From the NCBI GenBank assembly GCA_039584815.1, contig JBDGXC010000007.1, positions 8,440 through 72,439 of the forward strand: DNA of 64,000 bases, given 5' to 3'. The first letter of the stretch is position 1, and each line of letters starts with the position of its first letter. The notes beneath the pieces are model-generated. The model worked only from the letters and a program-made list of their open reading frames with translations, had not been told where the DNA came from and did not search any database. The translations under genes and the position numbers were made by a program. Source of the stretch: Gemmatimonadota bacterium (GTDB lineage: Bacteria > Gemmatimonadota > Gemmatimonadetes > Palauibacterales > Palauibacteraceae). Below, piece after piece: positions 41,613 through 49,509 of this stretch.

Positions 41613-42656
41613 ATGCAGGAGATTCTGAGCAACCTGGGTGAGGATACGGGGCAGGCGGGGCTCGAGGAGCTGGGCGAGGCGGTCGCCGGCGTGCTCGGGG
41701 CTCCGGGTCCGGGCGGTCGGAATATCCGGACCGACCAGCTCAAGGCCGGCGTGTACCGCCTGCACGTGAACGGCGGGGGAGACGCTCGCTCGCTGATTGC
41801 CAAGCGGCTCGATCCGGACATCGCACACCGGAACCGACTCGTGGCCGATCGCTGGCTACCGACGCTGCATCTCGGCCACTGCGGCCCGATCCTGCTCGCC
41901 GTCGCCGCGGAGCGAGCCGGCGCCTGCGTGTGGCACGTGTACGAGGACCTCGGACACCGGACGCTGAAGGACGTGGATCACGACGAGGACTACGTCCAGG
42001 CAGCCGTTCAGGCCATCGCCGGCATCCACGCCGGTTTCGCGGATCATCCCCTGCTCGGGGAGTGCAGATTGTGGGGAGGAGACCTGGGGCCGCATTTCTT
42101 CCGCTCCAACGTCCACGACGCCATCCGGGCGCTGGCGGGCTTGGAGCCGCCCGCAGTCTCGCTGACGGCGGAGCAGGCCGCGCTGCGGGACCGGCTGCGG
42201 CGCACGCTCGGTCGGCTGGCCGACGAAGAGCCCGCCCGTTCCGCCCGCGTGCGGGAGCTGGGTGGTCCGGAGACCCTCGTGCACGGCGACCTGTGGACCA
42301 AGAACGTCATCGTGATCGACACGTCCGAGGGGCCCCGGGTACGGCTCATCGACTGGGATCACGCCGCCGTGGGGCATGTGAGCTATGATCTCTCGACGTT
42401 TCTCACGCGCTTCGCCCGTGGGACCAGGTCGGGTGTCGTCGAGAGGTACCGGCGGGCGATGGAAGAGGCTGGCTGCGAGCTCCCGGAAGCGGCCGAGCTC
42501 AACGAGCTGTTCGATACCGCCGAAAGGGGCCGCATCGCCAATCGCGTGATCTGGCCAGCGCTGGCGATCCGCGACGGAAATGCGGACTGGGCCTTCGACG
42601 CCCTGGCCGAGATCGAGTCGTGGTTCGAGACCCTGGAACCGGTTCTGGAGGTGTGA
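41613..42656 (+). CDS. Protein-kinase-fold phosphotransferase (APH/ChoK family), paralogue 3.
   Basis: LVHGDLWTKNVIVID and LIDWDHAAVGHVSYDLS. RBS ggaaggag before the ATG at 41613. Confidence 0.75.
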   Translation: MQEILSNLGEDTGQAGLEELGEAVAGVLGAPGPGGRNIRTDQLKAGVYRLHVNGGGDARSLIAKRLDPDIAHRNRLVADRWLPTLHLGHCGPILLAVAAERAGACVWHVYEDLGHRTLKDVDHDEDYVQAAVQAIAGIHAGFADHPLLGECRLWGGDLGPHFFRSNVHDAIRALAGLEPPAVSLTAEQAALRDRLRRTLGRLADEEPARSARVRELGGPETLVHGDLWTKNVIVIDTSEGPRVRLIDWDHAAVGHVSYDLSTFLTRFARGTRSGVVERYRRAMEEAGCELPEAAELNELFDTAERGRIANRVIWPALAIRDGNADWAFDALAEIESWFETLEPVLEV

Positions 42657-42658
42657 CT

Positions 42659-43798
42659 GTGCCCAAGGTCATCGTGTTCACGAAGAAGTGGTCCAGCTGG
42701 CCCGGCTTCGCCGGATCCACGTGGGTCCCGATCCAGTATCTGGCGGGACTGGAGAGACTGGGCGTCGAGGCCTACTGGGTGGACTGGCTGCCCCGGGTCG
42801 ATCAGCACCGCCACGCACACAGTCTCTCGTACCTGATGCGACGATTCGACCAGACGGCAGCGGATTTCGGGTTCTCGAACCGGACCTGCGTCGTGTATGG
42901 CGGGGGACAGCGCCACTTCGGCATGGAAGGGGAGGAGCTCGCGCAACTCACTTCCGAGGCGGATCTGCTCCTGGGATTGAGCTCGAAGGGCCTGCCAGGC
43001 AGGTCGTCCCTCCACCAGGTTCCGCGTCGCGCATACATCGATGTCGATCCCGGCTTCACCCACATCTGGGCCCACCAGGTGAACATGGGCCTCGATGACT
43101 ACAACCTGTTCTTCACCGTGGGTCTCAACGTCGGCGGGCCCGGTTTCGACATTCCCACGCCGGGAATCACGTGGCAGACGATGCTTCCGCCCGTCGTCCT
43201 CGACCTGTGGCCCGCGGTCCCGGACGATCCGTGCGACCGGTTCTCCACCGTCGGGGACTGGTGGGGGAAACAGAAGGCCAAGTACCGGGACAAGTACTAC
43301 GGCGGCAAGAGAGAAGAATTTCTCCAGCTGCTCGAGCTCCCGAAGCTCACCGGCCAGCGGTTCGAGCTCGCCCTGACGATCACGCCGCAGGACCACAAGG
43401 AGATCGGGCGACTCCACCGCGAGCGGTGGACGATTCTCGATCCGTACCTCTACGCCGGCGACCCCCATTCCTACCGGGAGTTCATCCAGTTCTCGCGGGC
43501 CGAGTTCAGCGTGGCGAAGAGCGGATACGTCATGTCCAGGAGCGGGTGGGTGAGCGACCGGACCGTGTGCTACCTCGCATCGGGCAGGCCGGCACTCGTC
43601 CAGTCGACGGGATTCGAGCCGTACCTGCCCACCGGCAAGGGTTTGCTCACGTTCAGCACGCTGGATGAAGCCGTGGCAGGCGTCGACGACATCAACCGGG
43701 AGTACGACGAGCACAGCCGGGCTGCGCGAGCGCTGGCGGAGGAGTACTTCGACTCGGACATCGTGCTGGCATCGCTGCTCGAGCGGGCCGGACTGTGA
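42659..43798 (+). CDS. Putative GT-B-fold glycosyltransferase-like protein (DUF).
   Basis: The C-terminal region VMSRSGWVSDRTVCYLASGRPALVQSTGFEPYLPTGKGLLTF resembles the GT1/GT4 C-terminal nucleotide-sugar binding half. The N-terminus is MPKVIVFTKKWSSWPGFAGSTWV. The GTG/ATG start choice is ambiguous (42653 versus 42659). Confidence 0.45.
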   Translation: MPKVIVFTKKWSSWPGFAGSTWVPIQYLAGLERLGVEAYWVDWLPRVDQHRHAHSLSYLMRRFDQTAADFGFSNRTCVVYGGGQRHFGMEGEELAQLTSEADLLLGLSSKGLPGRSSLHQVPRRAYIDVDPGFTHIWAHQVNMGLDDYNLFFTVGLNVGGPGFDIPTPGITWQTMLPPVVLDLWPAVPDDPCDRFSTVGDWWGKQKAKYRDKYYGGKREEFLQLLELPKLTGQRFELALTITPQDHKEIGRLHRERWTILDPYLYAGDPHSYREFIQFSRAEFSVAKSGYVMSRSGWVSDRTVCYLASGRPALVQSTGFEPYLPTGKGLLTFSTLDEAVAGVDDINREYDEHSRAARALAEEYFDSDIVLASLLERAGL

Positions 43799-43839
43799 CG
43801 AGTCGGTGGACCGCCGCCCCCCCCCGATCCCGGTACGAA

Positions 43840-45114
43840 ATGAAGGCCGCGCGCCCGGTATTCCTGGTGCTCCTGGCGGGCATCGGGGCCGTGGCGGCGC
43901 TCCTGGGGTGTCCGTCCCCGGGGTCATCGCAGGAGGTCGGACCTCCGCTTCGCGTGTTCATCGACTGCGACAACAGCTACTGCGACTTCGACCATTTCCG
44001 CCGGGAGATCATGTTCGTGGACTACATGCGCGACCGGCAGGACGCGGATGTTCACGTTCTGATCACGACTCGCGAGACCGCGAGCGGCGGAACCGAGTTC
44101 CTTCTCGAGTACATCGGAGCGGGAGCGTTCGAGACCGTCGATGACTCCCTACGGACCTTCTCCAGCGACACCGACGTGTTCGATGAGGTCCGCGCGGGCT
44201 TGACGACGATGCTCGAGCTGGGCCTCGTCCGGTACGCGGCGCGCCTCCCGACGGCACACAGACTCGACGTCACGTACGATGCGCCGGACACGACCGGACT
44301 GACGCGTGGGGCGGTCGACGATCCCTGGAACTACTGGATCTTCCGAATCCGGGTCGGCGGAGACATCGCTGGCGAAGAGCGCCAGAGCGTGTTCTCGGCC
44401 AACGGAGCCCTGTCCGCGAATCGGACCACGAAGGACTGGAAGATCAGGCTGTTCGCGTCGGGGTGGTACAGTGAGGACAGCTTCGAGCTCAGCGACGGCA
44501 CGCAGTTCGAGAGCATCGCACGCGAGCTGGGGAGCGGAGCCTTCTTCGCCAGGAGCCTGGGCGACCACTGGGGACTCGGGCTCGACACCGAGGCGCGGGT
44601 TTCCACGTTCCTCAACTACGATCTGGCTCTCGCGGCGGGTCCCGCGGTTGAATACAACATCTTTCCCTACGCGCAGTCGTCGCGTCGGGAGTTCACGTTC
44701 ACGTACCGGGTCGGCGTCAACTACTTCGACTACGAAGAAGTCACGATCTTCGACAAGCTGGAGGAGACGCGCCCCTCCAATTCCCTCGAGATCTCGTACT
44801 CCGTTCGCCAGCCCTTTGGCTCCATCAACACGTCGCTGCTGGGGTTCATGTACCTCGATGACCGTTCCCAGCACCGGTTCGTATTCTCCGCATGGTTCAA
44901 CGTGCGCATCGTGCGCGGCCTGGAGCTCAACCTGAGCGGATCGGCGCAGCGACTGAAGGACCAGATCAACCTGCCGCGGGGCGGCGCGACCGACGAGGAG
45001 GTGTTGCTGCGGCGCCAGGAGCTGGGAACCGACTATCGCTACTCTCTCGGGGTGAGCCTGAGCTACACCTTCGGCTCGATCTTCAACAACGTGGTGAATC
45101 CGCGGTTCGAGTGA
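43840..45114 (+). CDS. Secreted or outer-membrane protein with an N-terminal signal peptide and alternating amphipathic beta-strand-like repeats (possible beta-barrel).
   Basis: MKAARPVFLVLLAGIGAVAALLGCPSP signal sequence. The C-terminal two-thirds are rich in alternating aromatic/polar strands (RVGVNYFDY..LEISYSVRQ..VFSAWFNVRIVRGLELNLSG). Confidence 0.45.
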   Translation: MKAARPVFLVLLAGIGAVAALLGCPSPGSSQEVGPPLRVFIDCDNSYCDFDHFRREIMFVDYMRDRQDADVHVLITTRETASGGTEFLLEYIGAGAFETVDDSLRTFSSDTDVFDEVRAGLTTMLELGLVRYAARLPTAHRLDVTYDAPDTTGLTRGAVDDPWNYWIFRIRVGGDIAGEERQSVFSANGALSANRTTKDWKIRLFASGWYSEDSFELSDGTQFESIARELGSGAFFARSLGDHWGLGLDTEARVSTFLNYDLALAAGPAVEYNIFPYAQSSRREFTFTYRVGVNYFDYEEVTIFDKLEETRPSNSLEISYSVRQPFGSINTSLLGFMYLDDRSQHRFVFSAWFNVRIVRGLELNLSGSAQRLKDQINLPRGGATDEEVLLRRQELGTDYRYSLGVSLSYTFGSIFNNVVNPRFE

Positions 45115-45123
45115 CGATCCATA

Positions 45124-45142
45124 CGCGGCGCATTTCGCCGCG
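45124..45142 (+). terminator. Hairpin 10 nt downstream of the secreted-protein gene's stop.
   Basis: cgcggcg-cattt-cgccgcg: a 7-bp perfect stem followed by the T-containing stretch atgtcgattctcc. Confidence 0.3.
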
Positions 45143-45291
45143 ATGTCGATTCTCCACCTCTGTGTATTCACAGGAAAGTACTCTCCGGCTATCTTCCGGC
45201 GCCGTTCGGGCGGGTCCCGGAGTGGACCCGACCGCGGAGCCCTCCCTGCGAGAGGTTTGATCTGGGTTTCTCGAAGACGGAGTCCACCCAC

Positions 45292-46725
45292 CTGACGCTC
45301 CTCACAGGAGCCAGCGGGTACGTGGGAGGTCGGCTCCTCGAGGAGCTCCAGCGAATCGGGCTCCCTCTGCGGTGCCTGGCGCGGCGCCCGGACTATCTCC
45401 GTCCGCGGCTCGCTCCCGGCACGGACCTCGTGGAGGGGGATATTCTCGATCCCGCCACCCTCGCACCGGCCCTCCGAGGGGTTCGCACCGCGTACTACCT
45501 CGTACACTCGATGGCCGCGGAGGGCGACTTCGAGGAGATCGACCGAAGGGCCGCCTTCTATTTCGGCTCCGCCGCCCTCGCGGCGGGCGTGGAGCGAATC
45601 GTCTACCTGGGCGGCCTCGGATCCGGGCCCGGCCTGTCCCGCCACCTGCACAGTCGCCAGGAAGTGGGGGACGTGCTGCGCCGATCCGGCGTGCAGACAA
45701 TCGAGCTGCAGGCCGGGATCATCATCGGCTCCGGCAGCCTGTCGTTCGAGATGATCCGGGCCCTGGTGGAGAGGCTGCCGGTGATGATCACGCCGGCCTG
45801 GGTCCGCGTGCGCACGCAGCCCATAGCCGTGGAGGACGTGATCTCCTACCTGGTCAAGGCGCGCGACCTGCAGCTCGAGGGACACCACGTGTTCGAGATC
45901 GGCGGCGCGGACCAGGTCGGCTACGGGGACGTCATGATGGAGTATGCGCGGCAGCGGGGCCTGCATCGGGTCATGATCCCGGTCCCACTGTTGACGCCGC
46001 GCCTCTCCAGCCTGTGGCTGGGGCTAGTGACGCCGCTGTATGCGCGCGTCGGCCGATACCTGATCGACGGGGTCCGCAATCCCACGGTGGTGGACGACCC
46101 GGCCTCGGACGAAGCCTTCCAGGTTCACCCGCGCGGCGTGGCCGATGCCATCTCCCGCGCCCTGGTCAACGAGGACCAGCGCTACGCGGCGACGCGGTGG
46201 TCGGACGCCCTGTCCTCCAGGGGGAAGCTCCCGCACGGACCCATGCGCTACGGTCGGCGCCTCATCGACGTGCAATCGACCCGCGTGTCCCGCTCTCCCG
46301 ATCGGGCCTTCGCTCCCATCCGGCGGATCGGTGGGGACGTGGGCTGGTACTACGGCAACTGGATGTGGAGGGTACGGGGACTGCTCGACAAGCTCACCGG
46401 TGGACCGGGATTGCGCCGCGGCCGGCGCGACCCTGAGGACCTGCGGATCGGCGAGGCCATCGACATCTGGCGCGTGGAGCGCTACGAGCCCGACCGACTC
46501 CTTCTCCTGCGGGCCGAGATGAAGCTCCCGGGCCGGGCGTGGCTCCAGTTCGAGGCGGAGCCGGAGTCGGGCGGCACGATTCTCACCCAGACTGCGATCT
46601 TCGATCCGATGGGGTTGGGAGGAATCCTGTACTGGTATATCCTTCTCCCGGCGCACGCCTTCGTGTTCCGCGGCCTGCTGCGCGGTGTTGCGGAGGCCTC
46701 GGCTCCGCCGGCGGACACCCCCTGA
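45292..46725 (+). CDS. NAD(P)-binding NmrA/SDR-like protein with a C-terminal DUF2867-like domain. It has no canonical start codon. Possible CTG initiation, or a frameshift or sequencing error.
   Basis: The Rossmann motif LTLLTGASGYVGGRLL begins at 45292, which is 30 nt upstream of the first ATG/GTG/TTG (GTG at 45322). The frame is open back to the upstream gene's stop at 45112-45114, with no ATG/GTG/TTG in frame. The CTG at 45292 is preceded by acggag 9 nt upstream. Confidence 0.6.
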   Translation: MTLLTGASGYVGGRLLEELQRIGLPLRCLARRPDYLRPRLAPGTDLVEGDILDPATLAPALRGVRTAYYLVHSMAAEGDFEEIDRRAAFYFGSAALAAGVERIVYLGGLGSGPGLSRHLHSRQEVGDVLRRSGVQTIELQAGIIIGSGSLSFEMIRALVERLPVMITPAWVRVRTQPIAVEDVISYLVKARDLQLEGHHVFEIGGADQVGYGDVMMEYARQRGLHRVMIPVPLLTPRLSSLWLGLVTPLYARVGRYLIDGVRNPTVVDDPASDEAFQVHPRGVADAISRALVNEDQRYAATRWSDALSSRGKLPHGPMRYGRRLIDVQSTRVSRSPDRAFAPIRRIGGDVGWYYGNWMWRVRGLLDKLTGGPGLRRGRRDPEDLRIGEAIDIWRVERYEPDRLLLLRAEMKLPGRAWLQFEAEPESGGTILTQTAIFDPMGLGGILYWYILLPAHAFVFRGLLRGVAEASAPPADTP

Positions 46726-46744
46726 CGGACGCTTCCCGCGCTCC

Positions 46745-48955
46745 TTACCCCAGGTCCTGGCCCTCGAGCGGCAGGTCCCTCACCCGCCTTCCCGTCGCCG
46801 CGAAGATTGCGTTGGCCACCGCTGGCATGGTCGGCGGCACGCCCGGCTCACCGATACCCGTCGGGAGCGCGTCCGCCTGGATGATCTTCACGCTGACGGG
46901 CGGCATCTCGGTCATCCGCAGAATCGGATAGTCGTGGAAGTCGTTCTGCTCCACGGCTCCGTCTCTAAGCGTGATCCGGCCGTACTTCGCGAGCGTGAGG
47001 CCCATGGCCACCGCCCCCTGCATCTGGCTCTCGATCGTGTCCGGGTTCACGACCGGACCGCAGTCCACCGCGCAGTCCACCTGGTGCACCGTGAGCTCTC
47101 CGGACGCGTCCACCGCCACGTGTGCGACCATCGCCGCGTAGCTGAAGAAGCTGTGATGCATCGCGAAGCCGAGACCCTGACGATCCGGCATGGAGCGACC
47201 CCACCCGGCCATCTCTGCCGCCGCCTCGCCGACCGCCCGCAGACGTCCCGTGTCGAATGGGTACCGCCTGTCGCCGCCGATCCTCAGGATGCGCGGAGCG
47301 CCCAGCATCTCCATGTGGAATTCGTACGGGTCGCGTCCCAACTCGTGCGCCAGCTCGTCCATGAAGCAGTTGACGGCGTGCGCGTGGAACGTGTTGCACA
47401 CCGATCGCATCCAGCCGATACGCACGCTGGACGGAATCGTGCCTGCCTCCATGCGTATGGCCGGGAACCGGTACGGCATGGTGGTCATGCCCTGTGACAG
47501 CTCGCCATTGCCGGGACTCGAACCGCCGGGCTCGAAGGCCCAGCCGATTCCGGGGAACACGGTCCGGTGCAGCCAGCCCGTCGGGCTGCCAGCCGCGTCG
47601 ATCGTCGCGACGAGCTTCTGTAAGCTCTCGGCCCGATAGAAGCCGTGCCGAATCTCGTCCTCTCTCGTAAACGCGAGCTTGACGGGCCGCCCCACCTTCT
47701 GCGCCAGGAGCGCCGCCTCCACAGCATAGTCGGGCTTCGATTTCCGGCCGAAGCCGCCCCCGAGGAACGTGACGTGAACGGTGACGTTGCCGACCGGGAT
47801 CCGCAGTGCACCGGACACTTCACGGGCCGTCCACTGCGGGGTCTGGGTGGGAGACCACACCTCGCACGTGTCTCTCCCGACGCGGGCCGTGCAGGCCGGC
47901 GGCTCCATCATGGCGTGCACGGCGTACGGAGCGTGATACGTCGCCTCGATGACGCGATCCGCGCCGGCGGAGGCCGCGTCGAAACTGCCCTCGGTGCGGA
48001 CCACTCGCCCCCCCTCCGAGGCGATGCGCTCGAGTTCGAGTCGGTAGTCGACGCTCGTCTCGGTGGCCAGCGGGCCCGGTTCCCACGTCGGGTTCAGGGC
48101 CTCCCGGCCCTTCATGGCGGCCCACGTGTTCGTCGCGATCACGGCAATGCCGGCATTGGTCAGGCCGCTCGCGTTGGGCTCGAGCTCCACGACGTCCAAC
48201 ACGTCCCGTACGGCCTTGGCTGCCGCGGCGTCGTACGAGCCTATCGATCCCTTGGGGACGGGGCTCCGCTCGACACTGGCGTACACCATTCCGGGAAGCG
48301 TGACGTCGGTTCCGAATACGGTCTTGCCCCGGACCATGTCTGGAACGTCGAGGAGTCTGCGCGGTGTGCCGATCAGGACGAAGTCCTGCGGGCTCTTGAG
48401 CCTCGGCTTGTCCGGCACGGGAAGCTCGGCGGCGTCGGCCGCCAGCTCGCTGTACGTCAGGCTGCCCGAGCCTGAGGGGTGGATCACGGCGCCGGATCTC
48501 GTGGTGCAGGCCGCGGCGTCCACGCCCCATCGGGAGGCGGCCGCCTCGACCAGCATGTGCCGCGCTGCGGCGCCCGCCTCGCGTAGCGGAATCCAGTTGA
48601 GCCGGACTGTCGTGCTGCCCTCGGTCGCCTGTCGCCCGTAACGCGTGTCGGCGAGTCCCTGGATCACCTCGACACGATCGAGATCGACGTCGAGCTCCTC
48701 TGCGAGGAGCATGCAGCACGCGGTACGCGCGCCCTGGCCCATCTCGGAGCGATGCACCGTGAGCCTGACCGCACCGTCCTCTCCGATATGGACCCACAGG
48801 TTCGGCTGGAAGCCGCTGGCCGCAGCGTCGAATGCCGCGCCCGGAACGCCCGGTCGACTTGCGCTCAAGGACCGCACGCCCAGGACGAGCCCCGAGCTGG
48901 CGATCCCGGTGGTCCGAAGGAAGCTCCGTCGCGAGACCCTCACCACGCCGCTCAC
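46745..48955 (-). CDS. Molybdopterin-binding large subunit of an aldehyde oxidoreductase / isoquinoline 1-oxidoreductase (IorB-like), exported by Tat.
   Basis: Tat signal (M)[26 protein letters not shown]. Xanthine-dehydrogenase-family Mo-binding domains. I placed the start at the GTG at 48955, which overlaps the small-subunit stop (GTGA). The track ORF extends spuriously upstream across iorA. Confidence 0.8.
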   Translation of the reverse strand: MSGVVRVSRRSFLRTTGIASSGLVLGVRSLSASRPGVPGAAFDAAASGFQPNLWVHIGEDGAVRLTVHRSEMGQGARTACCMLLAEELDVDLDRVEVIQGLADTRYGRQATEGSTTVRLNWIPLREAGAAARHMLVEAAASRWGVDAAACTTRSGAVIHPSGSGSLTYSELAADAAELPVPDKPRLKSPQDFVLIGTPRRLLDVPDMVRGKTVFGTDVTLPGMVYASVERSPVPKGSIGSYDAAAAKAVRDVLDVVELEPNASGLTNAGIAVIATNTWAAMKGREALNPTWEPGPLATETSVDYRLELERIASEGGRVVRTEGSFDAASAGADRVIEATYHAPYAVHAMMEPPACTARVGRDTCEVWSPTQTPQWTAREVSGALRIPVGNVTVHVTFLGGGFGRKSKPDYAVEAALLAQKVGRPVKLAFTREDEIRHGFYRAESLQKLVATIDAAGSPTGWLHRTVFPGIGWAFEPGGSSPGNGELSQGMTTMPYRFPAIRMEAGTIPSSVRIGWMRSVCNTFHAHAVNCFMDELAHELGRDPYEFHMEMLGAPRILRIGGDRRYPFDTGRLRAVGEAAAEMAGWGRSMPDRQGLGFAMHHSFFSYAAMVAHVAVDASGELTVHQVDCAVDCGPVVNPDTIESQMQGAVAMGLTLAKYGRITLRDGAVEQNDFHDYPILRMTEMPPVSVKIIQADALPTGIGEPGVPPTMPAVANAIFAATGRRVRDLPLEGQDLG

Positions 48956-49410
48956 GACGTACTCCTCTCGGCCGCGCGTTGAATGGCCTCCCGGATCCGC
49001 TGGTAGGTGCCGCACCGGCACAGGTTGCCGGCCATGGCGGTGTCGATCTCCGCATCGCTCGGCCGCGGTGTGCGGGCGAGCAGCGCAGCCGCGCTCATGA
49101 TCTGGCCCGGCTGGCAGTATCCGCACTGGGGCACGTTGGCCTCGGTCCACGCGACCTGAACCGGGTGATCTCCGCTCTCGGCGAGCCCCTCGATCGTCGT
49201 GATCGCGCGTCCGCTCGATGCCTCGAGCGTAGTGAGGCAGGCACGGACGGGCGCGCCATCCAGGTGGACGGTGCACGAGCCGCACAGGCCAGCACCGCAG
49301 CCGTACTTGGTGCCCGTGAGCTCGAGAAGGTCGCGCAGGGCCCACAACAGGGGCATCGAAGGATCAGCGTCGACGGTACGTCGCTCGCCGTTGACCAGAA
49401 GCGTAATCAT
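48952..49410 (-). CDS. (2Fe-2S)-binding small subunit of the molybdenum hydroxylase (IorA-like).
   Basis: [21 protein letters not shown] and CRCGTYQRI cluster motifs. The ATG at 49410 gives [18 protein letters not shown]. Confidence 0.85.
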   Translation of the reverse strand: MITLLVNGERRTVDADPSMPLLWALRDLLELTGTKYGCGAGLCGSCTVHLDGAPVRACLTTLEASSGRAITTIEGLAESGDHPVQVAWTEANVPQCGYCQPGQIMSAAALLARTPRPSDAEIDTAMAGNLCRCGTYQRIREAIQRAAERSTS

Positions 49411-49509
49411 GGATTTCTCCGGCACACGGTTCGGGCGGAAAGGGCAGTACGGCAAGCTAACCGGCGATCGTCCGGGCGGCGAACGGACCGGACTCGGAGT
49501 GACCTGCGC

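Noticed and set aside
44149-45966. A 605-aa minus-strand ORF spanning the secreted-protein and NAD-binding genes.
   Set aside because: It crosses two well-supported plus-strand genes and a terminator-like hairpin. Composition is artefactual.
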